64,000 bases of DNA from Candidatus Saccharimonadales bacterium (GTDB taxonomy: Bacteria > Patescibacteriota > Saccharimonadia > Saccharimonadales > 2-12-FULL-41-12), in assembly GCA_041600715.1 (NCBI GenBank), contig JBFIJM010000003.1:3345-67344 (forward strand), written 5' to 3'. The notes under the pieces were generated by a model. The model saw only the letters and a list, made by a program, of their open reading frames with translations, had not been told where the DNA came from and did no database searches. The stretch's first letter is position 1. Every line of letters starts with the position of its first letter. Shown one piece after another: positions 27,700 through 37,113 of the stretch. Both the position numbers and the translations under genes were made by a program.

Positions 27700-29263
27700 T
27701 CATATGATTCCGCATGTATTTTGACCCAATCTTACCAGCATGTCGATTAGCTGTTGTATCCCTACCAAACTCTCCATCTAATCTAGTCGATTTAACGTTC
27801 ATATTTTCGCGGTCAAGTCGACCACCTCGCCGTTGATTACGTTGCTTCGAACTATTTCCATATGACTCGAATGCATGCCGGGGCATATTTGATTTATTAC
27901 TAGGTCGAGCGGCGTGACTAAAGTTAAAAGTCTTTTTTTCCTCGCCCTTAATATGAACAGTGTTCGACTTACGTTTATCATTAATAACGTCGCCAAATTT
28001 TGTATTACTTGTCCCAGGTGCTTGCTCTAAAAATAACTCATGCTTGCTCGAAGAATCGATTATATTTTCCCTTAAATCTTTTCGCTCCCTCTTCGTCATC
28101 TTCTTATTAACACCAACGAGAGTTTTAAAGATCTTTTGATTGATGATTGTTTTCCCCATTTTCTGGTCCAGCGTAGGCGCCCGTTGTTGAAGATTACCCT
28201 GCTCGCCGCCCAGTTCAGCATGTGCTGATTTACTTTGGGTTATGTCAGATTTTCGAGAGTTTTCGCCGACCATCATTTCTTGAATCATTTGTTTTTTTTG
28301 GTTCATCCTCTCCATTGACTTCGCGAAGTCAATGGTGTTTCTTTCCTTGGCTAATGTTCTTCGACGTTCGGCGGTTGTATCTATGATGGCAATGGCTGTG
28401 GCGAATTGGACCGGCTTATCCTCAATACTAATAAAAATATCGTGATCAAAATAAGCACCGCGCCTATTTTGATACCAATCTTTGTCAGCATCGACGTTGT
28501 GGGACTTCATAATGCCATACTTGGCAACCTTAAATCTCTGATCAGATGTCGACCTCCATCCAATCGGGATATCGTTCGACCCTGCTGTGGTATGACCAAT
28601 ACGAGTCCGGAGGGTCGGCCCTTCTTGGGCGAATTCAGTGTCTCCAACCGTGTCGAGCACCGATGATTTCTTGATCAAAGGTATTTGAACCGACGAACCA
28701 TTGTGCCAACCTACACGGGCGGTCTCAAAAATCTTCATTCTATCCTTAACCCAGTGCCGAGATTGGGCTAGCTGCCGTACGACATCTGCAGGATGCCACC
28801 CCTTTTCAGGAATAGAATGATCATGATCTGGATAAAATTTAATATATTTAGCCCTGGCATATTGTTGATCGACATGTTTCCGCATGTCAGGTTGATACAT
28901 TATACTTCGTGGCTCGACGTCTTTACCTGGCCCGACGAATTGATGATCTAGGAAGGTACCATCTGGTAGCCATGGCTCTGCTTCTGAGCGGCGACCACCA
29001 TGTCTTAATTCTAATACACCGTAACTTTGATATCCTCGAGTACGTGCAGGGGTACTTTTACCATTTTCATCGACTTCATATTCCATTCCACCACGAATTT
29101 GATCTGATTCTAACGTAGGTGCAACCGGTCGAAAATCACTTAATTCTTGTCGCATATGGTTTTCTATCTGATCAGGGTCTTCGAATAGACATGTTTTCTC
29201 ATGCTTACGGTATAACATATCTTCAGGCATAAGCCCATATTGTCCAACTATTGAATCTCCCAT
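27656..29263 (-). CDS. hypothetical basic protein (535 aa), GC-richer than its surroundings
   Basis: Long uninterrupted ORF with no motif I can name. Confidence 0.6.
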   Translation of the reverse strand: MGDSIVGQYGLMPEDMLYRKHEKTCLFEDPDQIENHMRQELSDFRPVAPTLESDQIRGGMEYEVDENGKSTPARTRGYQSYGVLELRHGGRRSEAEPWLPDGTFLDHQFVGPGKDVEPRSIMYQPDMRKHVDQQYARAKYIKFYPDHDHSIPEKGWHPADVVRQLAQSRHWVKDRMKIFETARVGWHNGSSVQIPLIKKSSVLDTVGDTEFAQEGPTLRTRIGHTTAGSNDIPIGWRSTSDQRFKVAKYGIMKSHNVDADKDWYQNRRGAYFDHDIFISIEDKPVQFATAIAIIDTTAERRRTLAKERNTIDFAKSMERMNQKKQMIQEMMVGENSRKSDITQSKSAHAELGGEQGNLQQRAPTLDQKMGKTIINQKIFKTLVGVNKKMTKRERKDLRENIIDSSSKHELFLEQAPGTSNTKFGDVINDKRKSNTVHIKGEEKKTFNFSHAARPSNKSNMPRHAFESYGNSSKQRNQRRGGRLDRENMNVKSTRLDGEFGRDTTANRHAGKIGSKYMRNHMTTDERNPDDMNDRV

Positions 29264-29314
29264 TTTTAAATTACACGTGCCTTTGCGTATATTGTATCAT
29301 TAATTTAATAGTGT

Positions 29315-29322
29315 AAAAAAAA
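29315..29322 (-). terminator. T8 (sense) tract downstream of gene 29441-30208
   Basis: A8 on the plus strand within the 177-nt non-coding gap 29264-29440. Confidence 0.4.
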
Positions 29323-29440
29323 TATATGTATAAATCACTTGGAGGAGAGAAGAGAGTGACTATATTATGCTGATATGTCCGGAAAGTTGGGGTCGTGACC
29401 GTTGCGATATGATTCGCCGTCAGAAAAGCGGCCGGCGCCG

Positions 29441-30208
29441 TTAGCAAAGACCAAATCCGTCGCCGCCGTCGCCGTCGTCGTCGTAGTCGTCGCCGTCGTC
29501 GTCGTCGTAGTCGTCGCCGTCGTCGTCGTCGTCGTCGTGGATGTAGATGCACCACTGGAAAAGTTCATCCTCAGTAAATAGCGCGTTTTCGTCGTTTGGA
29601 ACAGGAAAACTACCAAAATTGCAATATTGCCTTTCAGAGTCCAGTTCCCATTCAAAATGACCACTTTCAGAGGAAGTATCCATCAACTTGACAACTTCAT
29701 ATAATGCTTTACCAATTGACTTGTTATCTTCCATCGTAGTCTTACATGGTCCATTATTCCGATGAAAAAGTCTGATACAGAAAGGTACGAACAATCTATC
29801 GTATGTTTTTTGGAGATCTTCCCGATGCATGTTAACTATGACCAACGCTTCTGCATGCGTCATGTTGCAAGGATACATGTTGTCTTTGGGATCATTCGAT
29901 TTCCAACAGGCTAAAGTATGCCTTCCACTACGGCATCGTGGATCAACACAATATGAATGGTCATCTTGAATCCATATGGGGAAGACGGTAGAGGAGGTGG
30001 TAGAGGAGGTGGTAGAGGTGGTAGAGGTGGTGGTGGTGGTAGAGGTGGTGGTGGTGGTGGTGGTGGTAGAGTTGATGGTAGAGTAGTAGGTGGTGGCGGT
30101 GGTAACGGTGGTGGTGGTGGTGGTGGTGGCGGGGTCTTGAACCCCGGAAGCGGGCGCCGCGAGGGCGGGGGCTTGGGCCGTAGCCAGCGAAACGATAGTG
30201 GTAGCCAT
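29441..30208 (-). CDS. mucin-like Thr-rich protein with a Cys-containing domain and poly-Asp tail; member of the leader family
   Basis: MATTIVSLATAQAPALAAPA.. is followed by about 45 aa of Thr/Ser and ends DDDDDDGDDYDDDDGDDYDDDGDGG. The ORFs 29271-29664, 29957-30508 and 29961-30239 are shadows. Confidence 0.6.
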   Translation of the reverse strand: MATTIVSLATAQAPALAAPASGVQDPATTTTTTTVTTATTYYSTINSTTTTTTTTSTTTTTSTTSTTSSTTSSTVFPIWIQDDHSYCVDPRCRSGRHTLACWKSNDPKDNMYPCNMTHAEALVIVNMHREDLQKTYDRLFVPFCIRLFHRNNGPCKTTMEDNKSIGKALYEVVKLMDTSSESGHFEWELDSERQYCNFGSFPVPNDENALFTEDELFQWCIYIHDDDDDDGDDYDDDDGDDYDDDGDGGDGFGLC

Positions 30209-30227
30209 CGTCAGGCATTACTAACGC

Positions 30228-30248
30228 AAAAAAAATCATTTTTTTTTT
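30228..30248 (-). promoter_or_regulatory. A10-TGA-T8 (sense) combined terminator and promoter module
   Basis: The plus strand reads aaaaaaaatcatttttttttt, between the stop of 30267-30896 and the ATG at 30208 (core 27 nt upstream). Confidence 0.55.
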
Positions 30249-30266
30249 GCAATAGTAATAAGTCGT

Positions 30267-30896
30267 CTATACAACCGCATCGTTTGACAGCAACTGATAC
30301 CACGGATCAGCATTGCGTCTGCACTGAATCGCTCTGGCAGTCCCCTCGTGGCATATACATAAATCGACACCGGAACAACTACATCTACATGTTACGCTAT
30401 TACCATTGCATGTGCACGCCAGTATTTGCATCCTGCCGGGACATTTCCATTCGTTACATGCTTGACATATGGATAACGGGCATATGTCAAGCAGGGGCTG
30501 CGGATTGAATCCTGGGCGACGATCATCAAAATGACCCATAGCCATAGTCATTTGACACGGATATTGTGACCATCTGCTCAGTATGTAGATTGTCTTTCCC
30601 AACCCCAATCTCATATGTTTCCTATCTGCGTGTATCTGTTTATATCGGTCAGGTTTAGCATGTGAGTTGGAGAGAAACGTTCGTCGGTCCTGCATTGCTA
30701 CAGCTAAAGCAATACAGAATTCCGTAAATGTTTGACTCGTTTTGTCGACAGGTTTGACATAATCGGAGTCATAACCGGAGGCATGGTCTCCCCAAGAGGG
30801 TATAGCTGGCTTTCCCAAAAGGAATTCACTTTTGTCGCTATAGTCCGCGGAGGCGCTGGCTTGGGCCGTAGCCAGCGAAACGATAGTGGTAGCCAT
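30267..30896 (-). CDS. Cys-rich protein; paralogous leader family member
   Basis: It starts MATTIVSLATAQASASA (13 aa identical to the neighbour). The C-terminus has 17 Cys (CPLSICQACNEWKCPGRMQILACTCNGNSVTCRCSCSGVDLCICH). Confidence 0.6.
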   Translation of the reverse strand: MATTIVSLATAQASASADYSDKSEFLLGKPAIPSWGDHASGYDSDYVKPVDKTSQTFTEFCIALAVAMQDRRTFLSNSHAKPDRYKQIHADRKHMRLGLGKTIYILSRWSQYPCQMTMAMGHFDDRRPGFNPQPLLDICPLSICQACNEWKCPGRMQILACTCNGNSVTCRCSCSGVDLCICHEGTARAIQCRRNADPWYQLLSNDAVV

Positions 30897-30915
30897 CGTC
30901 AGGCATTACTATTGC

Positions 30916-30933
30916 AAAAAAAATCAATTTTTT
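30916..30933 (-). promoter_or_regulatory. A-rich-TTGA-T8 (sense) module
   Basis: The plus strand reads aaaaaaaatcaatttttt, 27 nt upstream of the ATG at 30896. It sits in the 46-nt divergent gap shared with the gene at 30943. Confidence 0.55.
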
Positions 30934-30942
30934 ATTTATATA

Positions 30943-31515
30943 ATGCGACGTAGACGGAGACTATTATTATTGGCACTTCCCCTGCCATTCATAGCATTAA
31001 TTCCGTTTAATGGCGTCGAATATGTTCGAGATTTCCGAGTTCATACTCCTTTAATAATGCTTGCAATTTATTCGGTGTTGCTTAATTTTCCTTCTATCGT
31101 AAAGTCTTACTACGGTAAACCAGTTTATTATGAAGACTTAGAAGACGATCGATATGTTAATGTTGCATATCGCAAAAAGTTTCAGGCAGTTTTTATAACG
31201 ATAGGTCAACTTTGTTTATCATTTATGTTCGCAAGTCTTATTTACTACTATATACACAAATATCACATAAATAGATTTAACGTACTCGAATTATGTGGAA
31301 TCATAGGTGGTTTTATGAGCTTCATATCGAGGATCTTTAGCGGGATTAAATTTGTGCTTAAAACGTGCTATTATATAAAAAAAAATACGTCAACTACTCT
31401 TAATAGTTCCAAGAAATACAAAATATTGTTCAAGATGAGTGACATTGATATTGGATCTACACATGACCAAAATCAAGACATTATAGATCTGGAAGGGGTC
31501 GAGGCAGTTAAATAG
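30943..31515 (+). CDS. multi-pass membrane protein
   Basis: The first ATG is at 30943 (MRRRRRLLLLALPLPF..) with atttatata before it; there are at least 3 hydrophobic helices. Confidence 0.55.
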   Translation: MRRRRRLLLLALPLPFIALIPFNGVEYVRDFRVHTPLIMLAIYSVLLNFPSIVKSYYGKPVYYEDLEDDRYVNVAYRKKFQAVFITIGQLCLSFMFASLIYYYIHKYHINRFNVLELCGIIGGFMSFISRIFSGIKFVLKTCYYIKKNTSTTLNSSKKYKILFKMSDIDIGSTHDQNQDIIDLEGVEAVK

Positions 31516-32401
31516 TTAGATTGACAACAAATAAGTGATGAGATTCAATTATATCGTCTTCTAACTCATCTCTACCCAACATTTCTTCGTCAAATATAAC
31601 GACGTCTCCAGTATGTTGGATGTATGACCGCACGCCATCTGACGGGGTAATATTAGACATTATCGCCCCATTAAATACGGTTTCATACAGGGATGACCTC
31701 GTGAAATCGACCGTTCGCATTTCCGATTTATCTAATCTGGCACCAGTAAGATCTGCATCTATGAAGGACGCACCCGAAAGATTTAGGTTAGATAAATCGG
31801 CCCCACGTAGGTTAGATCTATTAAATTTAGCGCCTTTAAACATATTTCTTTTAAACATATCGCCTACCCCCCATGAATTTGAATAGATAAAATCACTACT
31901 AAAATTCATACCCTCAAGGTTCATATCGCGAGAATCTTTCCATGAAAACTCGGATATTTTGTGTCGAAACATATCTAGTAATTCTTGCACCGAGATATAC
32001 TCGCACACTATCCCAGCTAGACATTTAGGAAGAGGAATAACGTGTATTTGAAGAACTCCATAGCAGTTAGTTATGTATTTTTTTATAGGTTGGCGGGATG
32101 TCTCAGGGGTAACTGAAGTCGATGGGGTAACTGAAGTCGATGGGGTAACTGAAGTCGATGGGGTAACTGAAGTCGATGGGGTAACTGAAGCGATGGTGGA
32201 GGGAACCGAGTCAATTAATCTTACTGTGCCACCGCAATAATCTCTCTGATATTCATTTGTAAATAAAGACCACGTGCCTTTAATTACCGGCCAAAAAATC
32301 TCAACCGTAAGAGCGTATAGGATTATACAGACGATTATTATAGCAAGGCTATATGCTATAAATCCCCCTATTTGTACAGGGCTAGGCATATAAATACCCA
32401 T
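31508..32401 (-). CDS. membrane-anchored pentapeptide-repeat protein with a (TSVTPS)n linker
   Basis: 13 consecutive pentapeptides: FKGAK FNRSN LRGAD LSNLN LSGAS FIDAD LTGAR LDKSE MRTVD FTRSS LYETV FNGAI MSNIT. There is an N-terminal hydrophobic helix. The track start is a GTG at 32458; the ATG is at 32401. Confidence 0.7.
   Translation of the reverse strand: MGIYMPSPVQIGGFIAYSLAIIIVCIILYALTVEIFWPVIKGTWSLFTNEYQRDYCGGTVRLIDSVPSTIASVTPSTSVTPSTSVTPSTSVTPSTSVTPETSRQPIKKYITNCYGVLQIHVIPLPKCLAGIVCEYISVQELLDMFRHKISEFSWKDSRDMNLEGMNFSSDFIYSNSWGVGDMFKRNMFKGAKFNRSNLRGADLSNLNLSGASFIDADLTGARLDKSEMRTVDFTRSSLYETVFNGAIMSNITPSDGVRSYIQHTGDVVIFDEEMLGRDELEDDIIESHHLFVVNLTI
32106..32194. repeat. 18-nt x5 in-frame repeat (ggggtaactgaagtcgat)
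   Basis: Direct reading. Confidence 0.95.
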
Positions 32402-32447
32402 TGTGTATATGAATAAATGTTCTTTTACTTTTATAATATAAGTATAA

Positions 32448-33314
32448 ATGTCATACACATCGACACACGAAGAGCCGTGGACCGATGAAATAGAGGAATA
32501 TTGTCGTAATCAAATATCAACATGTATATTGCATGTCGATCTTAATGATGAGGCTGGGTATCATTTTAAACGTAAAAGAGTACTCTGGGGATTGCCTGGC
32601 ATCCTTATCCCAATTATTATGGCGTCAGTTTCTTTGATGGTTGGATGGTCAAGAAAGGACACATGTGTTAAAATCACAGCTGCTGACTACGTTAATTCCA
32701 TAGGATATCTTATTGTTGGTGTTGTTAATGGGGTTTATGGATTTTTTAATTTCGGTACGAAATCGGCCAAGTGTTTTGCTACATCCCTCATGTATGCATC
32801 GATTAAATCTCAGATCGATCAAGAACTACATCGAGGTAAATTGTTTCGCATACCTGCCGATGTCTTCATGACTAAAATTGGTATGTTAATGGATAATGCC
32901 GCGGCTCAAGAAGAAGTGATACCTGAGAGTATAATTGTTAAATATGCTAAACCTTTCATTGGGAAGACCGACGCAAAATCTCGCAGAGCTCTCGCTGAGC
33001 TAAATAAAGTTTCGCGCTCCGGAAATAATTCAAGAGTTGAACCGGGAGAAATTGTATCTGTTCCGTATATAAAGTCGCGAGAAATTATATCTCCCCCTAG
33101 ATCACCTATAGAGTTTGTGTCCCAAGCAACCCCTTCGAGATCAACAACCCCGATCAAAGACCCCTCGGTGACCCCAAGCGATTTTCAAACAAAACCACAC
33201 GATACACGGCCACACGATACACGGCCACACGATACACGGCCACACGATACACGGCCACATAATACAACACCATATCCACCTACACGACATTTAATTGTTG
33301 ACTGTGAAAAATGA
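32448..33314 (+). CDS. membrane protein with a (RPHDT)n C-terminal repeat
   Basis: 288-aa ORF with hydrophobic helices around aa 45-110 and a 15-nt x5 repeat at 33195-33269. Confidence 0.55.
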   Translation: MSYTSTHEEPWTDEIEEYCRNQISTCILHVDLNDEAGYHFKRKRVLWGLPGILIPIIMASVSLMVGWSRKDTCVKITAADYVNSIGYLIVGVVNGVYGFFNFGTKSAKCFATSLMYASIKSQIDQELHRGKLFRIPADVFMTKIGMLMDNAAAQEEVIPESIIVKYAKPFIGKTDAKSRRALAELNKVSRSGNNSRVEPGEIVSVPYIKSREIISPPRSPIEFVSQATPSRSTTPIKDPSVTPSDFQTKPHDTRPHDTRPHDTRPHDTRPHNTTPYPPTRHLIVDCEK

Positions 33315-33353
33315 AAACGTTCTAAAGTAATATACACTTCTGTCTATACATTA

Positions 33354-34640
33354 ATGAACGTCATTAAATATCTCAATGACCTTAAATTTGTGGAAAATGA
33401 GGCTCATATTAGTTCTATAATAGCTAGTTTTTACGAGTACGGTATAAAAGTTAGCTATGATATGGAAACTAAACCTTCAAGATTTATATTTTCTGCTATG
33501 AAGAAATTCAGAACAGGTGGGATAATTGATACATATATATCCGAATGCAATGGACTAATCTTGTCACCACCTCTTGGTAAAAAAAATAAGTCTTGGAGTA
33601 TAATATCTTATCCACCGTGCACATATAGAAGCGTTGTATCTGTAGATGTTATGAATAAATATCTAGCTCAAGGCATGTATAGTGTTTATGAAATAATGGA
33701 GGGTACAATAATTACTTACTACTATTTTAATTCAGCGTGGCGAATGTCAACAACCAATGGAATTGATGTAAGTGATGTTAAATGGGATGGAAAATCATAC
33801 AAGGACGCATTTACCGAATGTCTAGTCCATATCGGTATAACTCGGGAAATCCTAGAAGCGTCTCTTGATAAATCTACATGTTATACATTTGGATTTAAGC
33901 ACCCCCATCGACACCCCTTTTATGAAGGTGGTCAACCCATATATAATGTTTGGTTTGTCCAGGGGCGTAATATAAAAACACTAAAACTAGAAGGTTTTAA
34001 GTTAATACCCGAGCAAAAAAAAGTTTTGGATTGCCCAACGAATATACGAGATTTATTCAAGAAATTAGCGTCGTCTATAGACGACTTTGATAAAGATAAA
34101 ACTGTTCTTTACGGGTACATTCTTAGGTCAAACAAATTAGGGGTGACTTATAAGTCGGTTATGTTAGAGAGCAGATTACTCACAACGATTCGGAAGTTAT
34201 ATTATCAGAGTTGTTTTAATAAGTTATCAAGACAAATGGAGATCGAGAGGGTTCGATTTATATGTTTATATTCTTATTTACAAATACAGATTAGACCAGT
34301 TTTCATCAAGTATTTTCCGCAGTTCACTGAGAAATTCGCAGAGTTCGATCGGATAACAAGTGACCTCGTTGATGCTGTCGTAAAAATCATCTCCACTTCA
34401 GAGACAGAGGCGAAAAGTATTCAGCCGACCGTAGAAGATCAAGGTCAAGGGCGATCTGACAAATTCGACAGTAGTCTGCGCAGCGAAGAAGAACCTAAAA
34501 AGGTATATGCCAGACAAATATTATCTTCTATGGGTAAAATTATGTCTTTAAAAGAGGATAAGATTACACGTAAAAAAATAAGAGAATATATATGCGATCC
34601 TATATATTTGGCAATTTATGACGCTTTATCTACAGAATAG
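33354..34640 (+). CDS. hypothetical protein with a weak ligase/capping-enzyme nucleotidyltransferase-like pattern but no obvious catalytic Lys. ASFV M448R class is possible but untested.
   Basis: ISECNGLIL sits where KxDG would be; MEGTIITYYYFNSAW resembles motifs III and IIIa. This is pattern only. Confidence 0.3.
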   Translation: MNVIKYLNDLKFVENEAHISSIIASFYEYGIKVSYDMETKPSRFIFSAMKKFRTGGIIDTYISECNGLILSPPLGKKNKSWSIISYPPCTYRSVVSVDVMNKYLAQGMYSVYEIMEGTIITYYYFNSAWRMSTTNGIDVSDVKWDGKSYKDAFTECLVHIGITREILEASLDKSTCYTFGFKHPHRHPFYEGGQPIYNVWFVQGRNIKTLKLEGFKLIPEQKKVLDCPTNIRDLFKKLASSIDDFDKDKTVLYGYILRSNKLGVTYKSVMLESRLLTTIRKLYYQSCFNKLSRQMEIERVRFICLYSYLQIQIRPVFIKYFPQFTEKFAEFDRITSDLVDAVVKIISTSETEAKSIQPTVEDQGQGRSDKFDSSLRSEEEPKKVYARQILSSMGKIMSLKEDKITRKKIREYICDPIYLAIYDALSTE

Positions 34641-37077
34641 TTGGAAGTTTTTCCCTATGTCGTTTAGCAATATAAGAAATAACCTTTATAGATTCAGCAA
34701 ATTTTTTTCTCTTTTTGTCGAAATCCGCCTTGGATTTTTTTACGAATTCTCCTATCGATAAAGGTTCGTGTTTAGATTTAAACACAGGATGTCCTGGTTT
34801 ATATGTTATTTCTTCCTTAAAATACTTGATCGCCGTTAAATATTCAGGAATGTCTTCAAATTTATCCGTATTATATTTAATTTCTCGATTAGCAATGAAA
34901 ACATCCACAATAGTTCCCGTCGAATTTTGATCGACTAACAAATGGGTAAAAACTTGTTTTATAATACTCAACATAGGCAATTCCATCTGATTTACATGTG
35001 ATTCATGTTCTCCATCTCTCATTAATTTATTCATACCAGTAACAAGATGAATCTCCGCCGACCTATTAATTTTTCGAACCAACTCAATCATCAAAGGGTT
35101 GATTTTCGGTAACTCTGTAGATGATTCTTTTGCATTAAATAAAATGATCAGACTTGATGTAAATTTATAGATATCCATAACGGTTAACAACTTAAATGAA
35201 GCATCGTATTTATTTTTTATACACATAAATACTTCGTCTCTATGCTTACTCATGTCAGGGATTAATTGGACGTATAAATAAGAAAGTTTATTTATTTGTT
35301 CAAGGTTAAAAGCGTCGATATTTTCGACTATTGGAAATAATATTTTGGGCAGTCTAGGGTCTTCAAATTCAGAAATTTGATCGATATGAACAATGCTTCT
35401 ACTAAAATCTATAACGCTGGTATTGTAAGATACTGTAGGTAGTAGATATTGATACTCATCTTCACCAACAACAAACAATTCCTTAGGGTTATCGATTATA
35501 CCAATATCTCGGTATGATTTAGAATATTTAGGCCGAAGTGTCACATTGTTCAAATGCAGATCGCCATGGATAACCCCATGCTTGTTCATACACAGTAAAT
35601 TATAACATAGTTCAAATATGTATTTTTCGAACAAGGGAAAGTTAGACTTCTTAAAAAAATCTCCTACCAATGAATTATAATATGGGGATTTTTTGCTAAG
35701 GAGTAATGCATCAAAAAAGGTTCTTCCAACATACTCACTAAACATACACAACGCGACATTTGACATAATAATTTCCTCTGAACTATAATCAATTGGAGCC
35801 TTGATTTTATGACCAAGAGTTTTAAATTTGTTTATAAGTGTCGATTTGATTAATTTGCGCTCATCCTTTATCTTTTTCTCTATTTCACTTTCCTCGATAA
35901 TTTTCGACGTTAAATTATTAGCTTTAACAAGCAAAGCTGCGACGTCCTTTACCATTTCGCTTTTTTCCATCTTGCCATATTGGGCATCGTTGTCAAATAG
36001 CCCCTTATGTGTATTCTTAATGTATATAAAATTCACAAGCAAAGGAAATCCGCAAGCAACGTTGTTTAATACTAAACTCGACATGCGTCGAGCTATTAGA
36101 TATTCCCTCCAAGGTTTATACCTTATATTGAATGGATTTTCAATCTCAGATAAATTTAAAGGGATAATTTTTTGCCCAAAGACACTCTGAAATTTAGTTT
36201 GAGTATTGTAATTAAATTGCATCAACGCACCATGCATGTACATAATTTTATCCATGGTGTGTTTCTTAATCAAACTAGTAAAAAATTTCATGTCATCCTT
36301 GATAATATCGAACATTACTACTTTATATTTTTCATTAATATGATTTTCTGTAAGATTTTCATGTGCATTGAACATGTCGTTAAACCAAGCGGCTGCGAAT
36401 AACCTTCCTTTAAGTCGAGTCGCTGATAAACTATGTTCGAGGGTTGCCTCATCGCCTTGCACTTCCTTAGTCGGATAAAAACTACTAGAAGTCAACACCA
36501 GATCTTCGTTTATTATTTTATCAGATATAAATTTATAAATATCCTCCCATAATTCAAAAACAGGTGAATCAAAATTTATACACTTTCTTAATGCTGCCAT
36601 TGTAACAAAATTATTTCTAAATTCGCCATCACTCGATACTAAACTTGGCCCTGTAGTAAATCTTTTATGGACGATCGATCCTACCGTCATTTCCGAAGGA
36701 TCGTCTGATCGATTCAGTTTTTTATTCTTTTTCTCGACTGCTTTTGTAATTTTTACTATTTCTGAAAATACGAACCCGTATATAACATCAACATGAGATT
36801 TCTTCTTTTTTATTTTGCACACTGTGCATATTGTACCTGTTGGATTTAGCCTATCACTGAATAGAATATTTTTATATAACGGAGTTCTTGATACACTAGA
36901 GAAATCTATAGCAGATTTTTGCAGAAGTTCTTTAGTCTTAGGGGATGCGTCAAATTTCCAAAAAATGTTGAACTGTTCAGATTCAATCCATGCCGCGTAT
37001 GATTGTTTTTTCTTATCCCAACCTTTAGGCAGTAACTGTGATATTATTTTCTCCCGAGCGGTCAGTTTTTTGTCCAT
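34630..37077 (-). CDS. protein-kinase-like fold protein (815 aa)
   Basis: Catalytic-loop-like GVIHGDLHLNNVTL and a DFG-equivalent VIDFSRS. HGDLHxxN is closer to RIO/APH/choline-kinase-type loops than to HRDLKxxN. Confidence 0.6.
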   Translation of the reverse strand: MDKKLTAREKIISQLLPKGWDKKKQSYAAWIESEQFNIFWKFDASPKTKELLQKSAIDFSSVSRTPLYKNILFSDRLNPTGTICTVCKIKKKKSHVDVIYGFVFSEIVKITKAVEKKNKKLNRSDDPSEMTVGSIVHKRFTTGPSLVSSDGEFRNNFVTMAALRKCINFDSPVFELWEDIYKFISDKIINEDLVLTSSSFYPTKEVQGDEATLEHSLSATRLKGRLFAAAWFNDMFNAHENLTENHINEKYKVVMFDIIKDDMKFFTSLIKKHTMDKIMYMHGALMQFNYNTQTKFQSVFGQKIIPLNLSEIENPFNIRYKPWREYLIARRMSSLVLNNVACGFPLLVNFIYIKNTHKGLFDNDAQYGKMEKSEMVKDVAALLVKANNLTSKIIEESEIEKKIKDERKLIKSTLINKFKTLGHKIKAPIDYSSEEIIMSNVALCMFSEYVGRTFFDALLLSKKSPYYNSLVGDFFKKSNFPLFEKYIFELCYNLLCMNKHGVIHGDLHLNNVTLRPKYSKSYRDIGIIDNPKELFVVGEDEYQYLLPTVSYNTSVIDFSRSIVHIDQISEFEDPRLPKILFPIVENIDAFNLEQINKLSYLYVQLIPDMSKHRDEVFMCIKNKYDASFKLLTVMDIYKFTSSLIILFNAKESSTELPKINPLMIELVRKINRSAEIHLVTGMNKLMRDGEHESHVNQMELPMLSIIKQVFTHLLVDQNSTGTIVDVFIANREIKYNTDKFEDIPEYLTAIKYFKEEITYKPGHPVFKSKHEPLSIGEFVKKSKADFDKKRKKFAESIKVISYIAKRHREKLPTIL

Positions 37078-37079
37078 AT

Positions 37080-37090
37080 AAAAATTGAAT
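37080..37090 (+). promoter_or_regulatory. AAAAATTGAAT motif
   Basis: It lies 3 nt from the minus-gene ATG at 37077 and 23 nt upstream of the ATG at 37114. Confidence 0.5.
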
Positions 37091-37113
37091 CACTATATAT
37101 AATAATATAACGT

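Noticed and set aside
27656-29263. ASFV pp62-like polyprotein with Gly-Gly-X cleavage sites (RGG/M, HGG/R, LGG/E, RGG/R; 535 aa against 530 aa)
   Set aside because: The sequence does not resemble pp62 as I recall it. Four GG dipeptides in 535 aa is close to chance expectation.
29271-30508. Arg-rich, Gly-rich and His-rich ORFs (29271-29555, 29365-29664, 29957-30508, 29961-30239)
   Set aside because: They are out-of-frame or antisense readings of the poly-Asp and poly-Thr coding repeats of ORF 29441-30208. Only that ORF has a promoter module and a leader shared with its paralogue.
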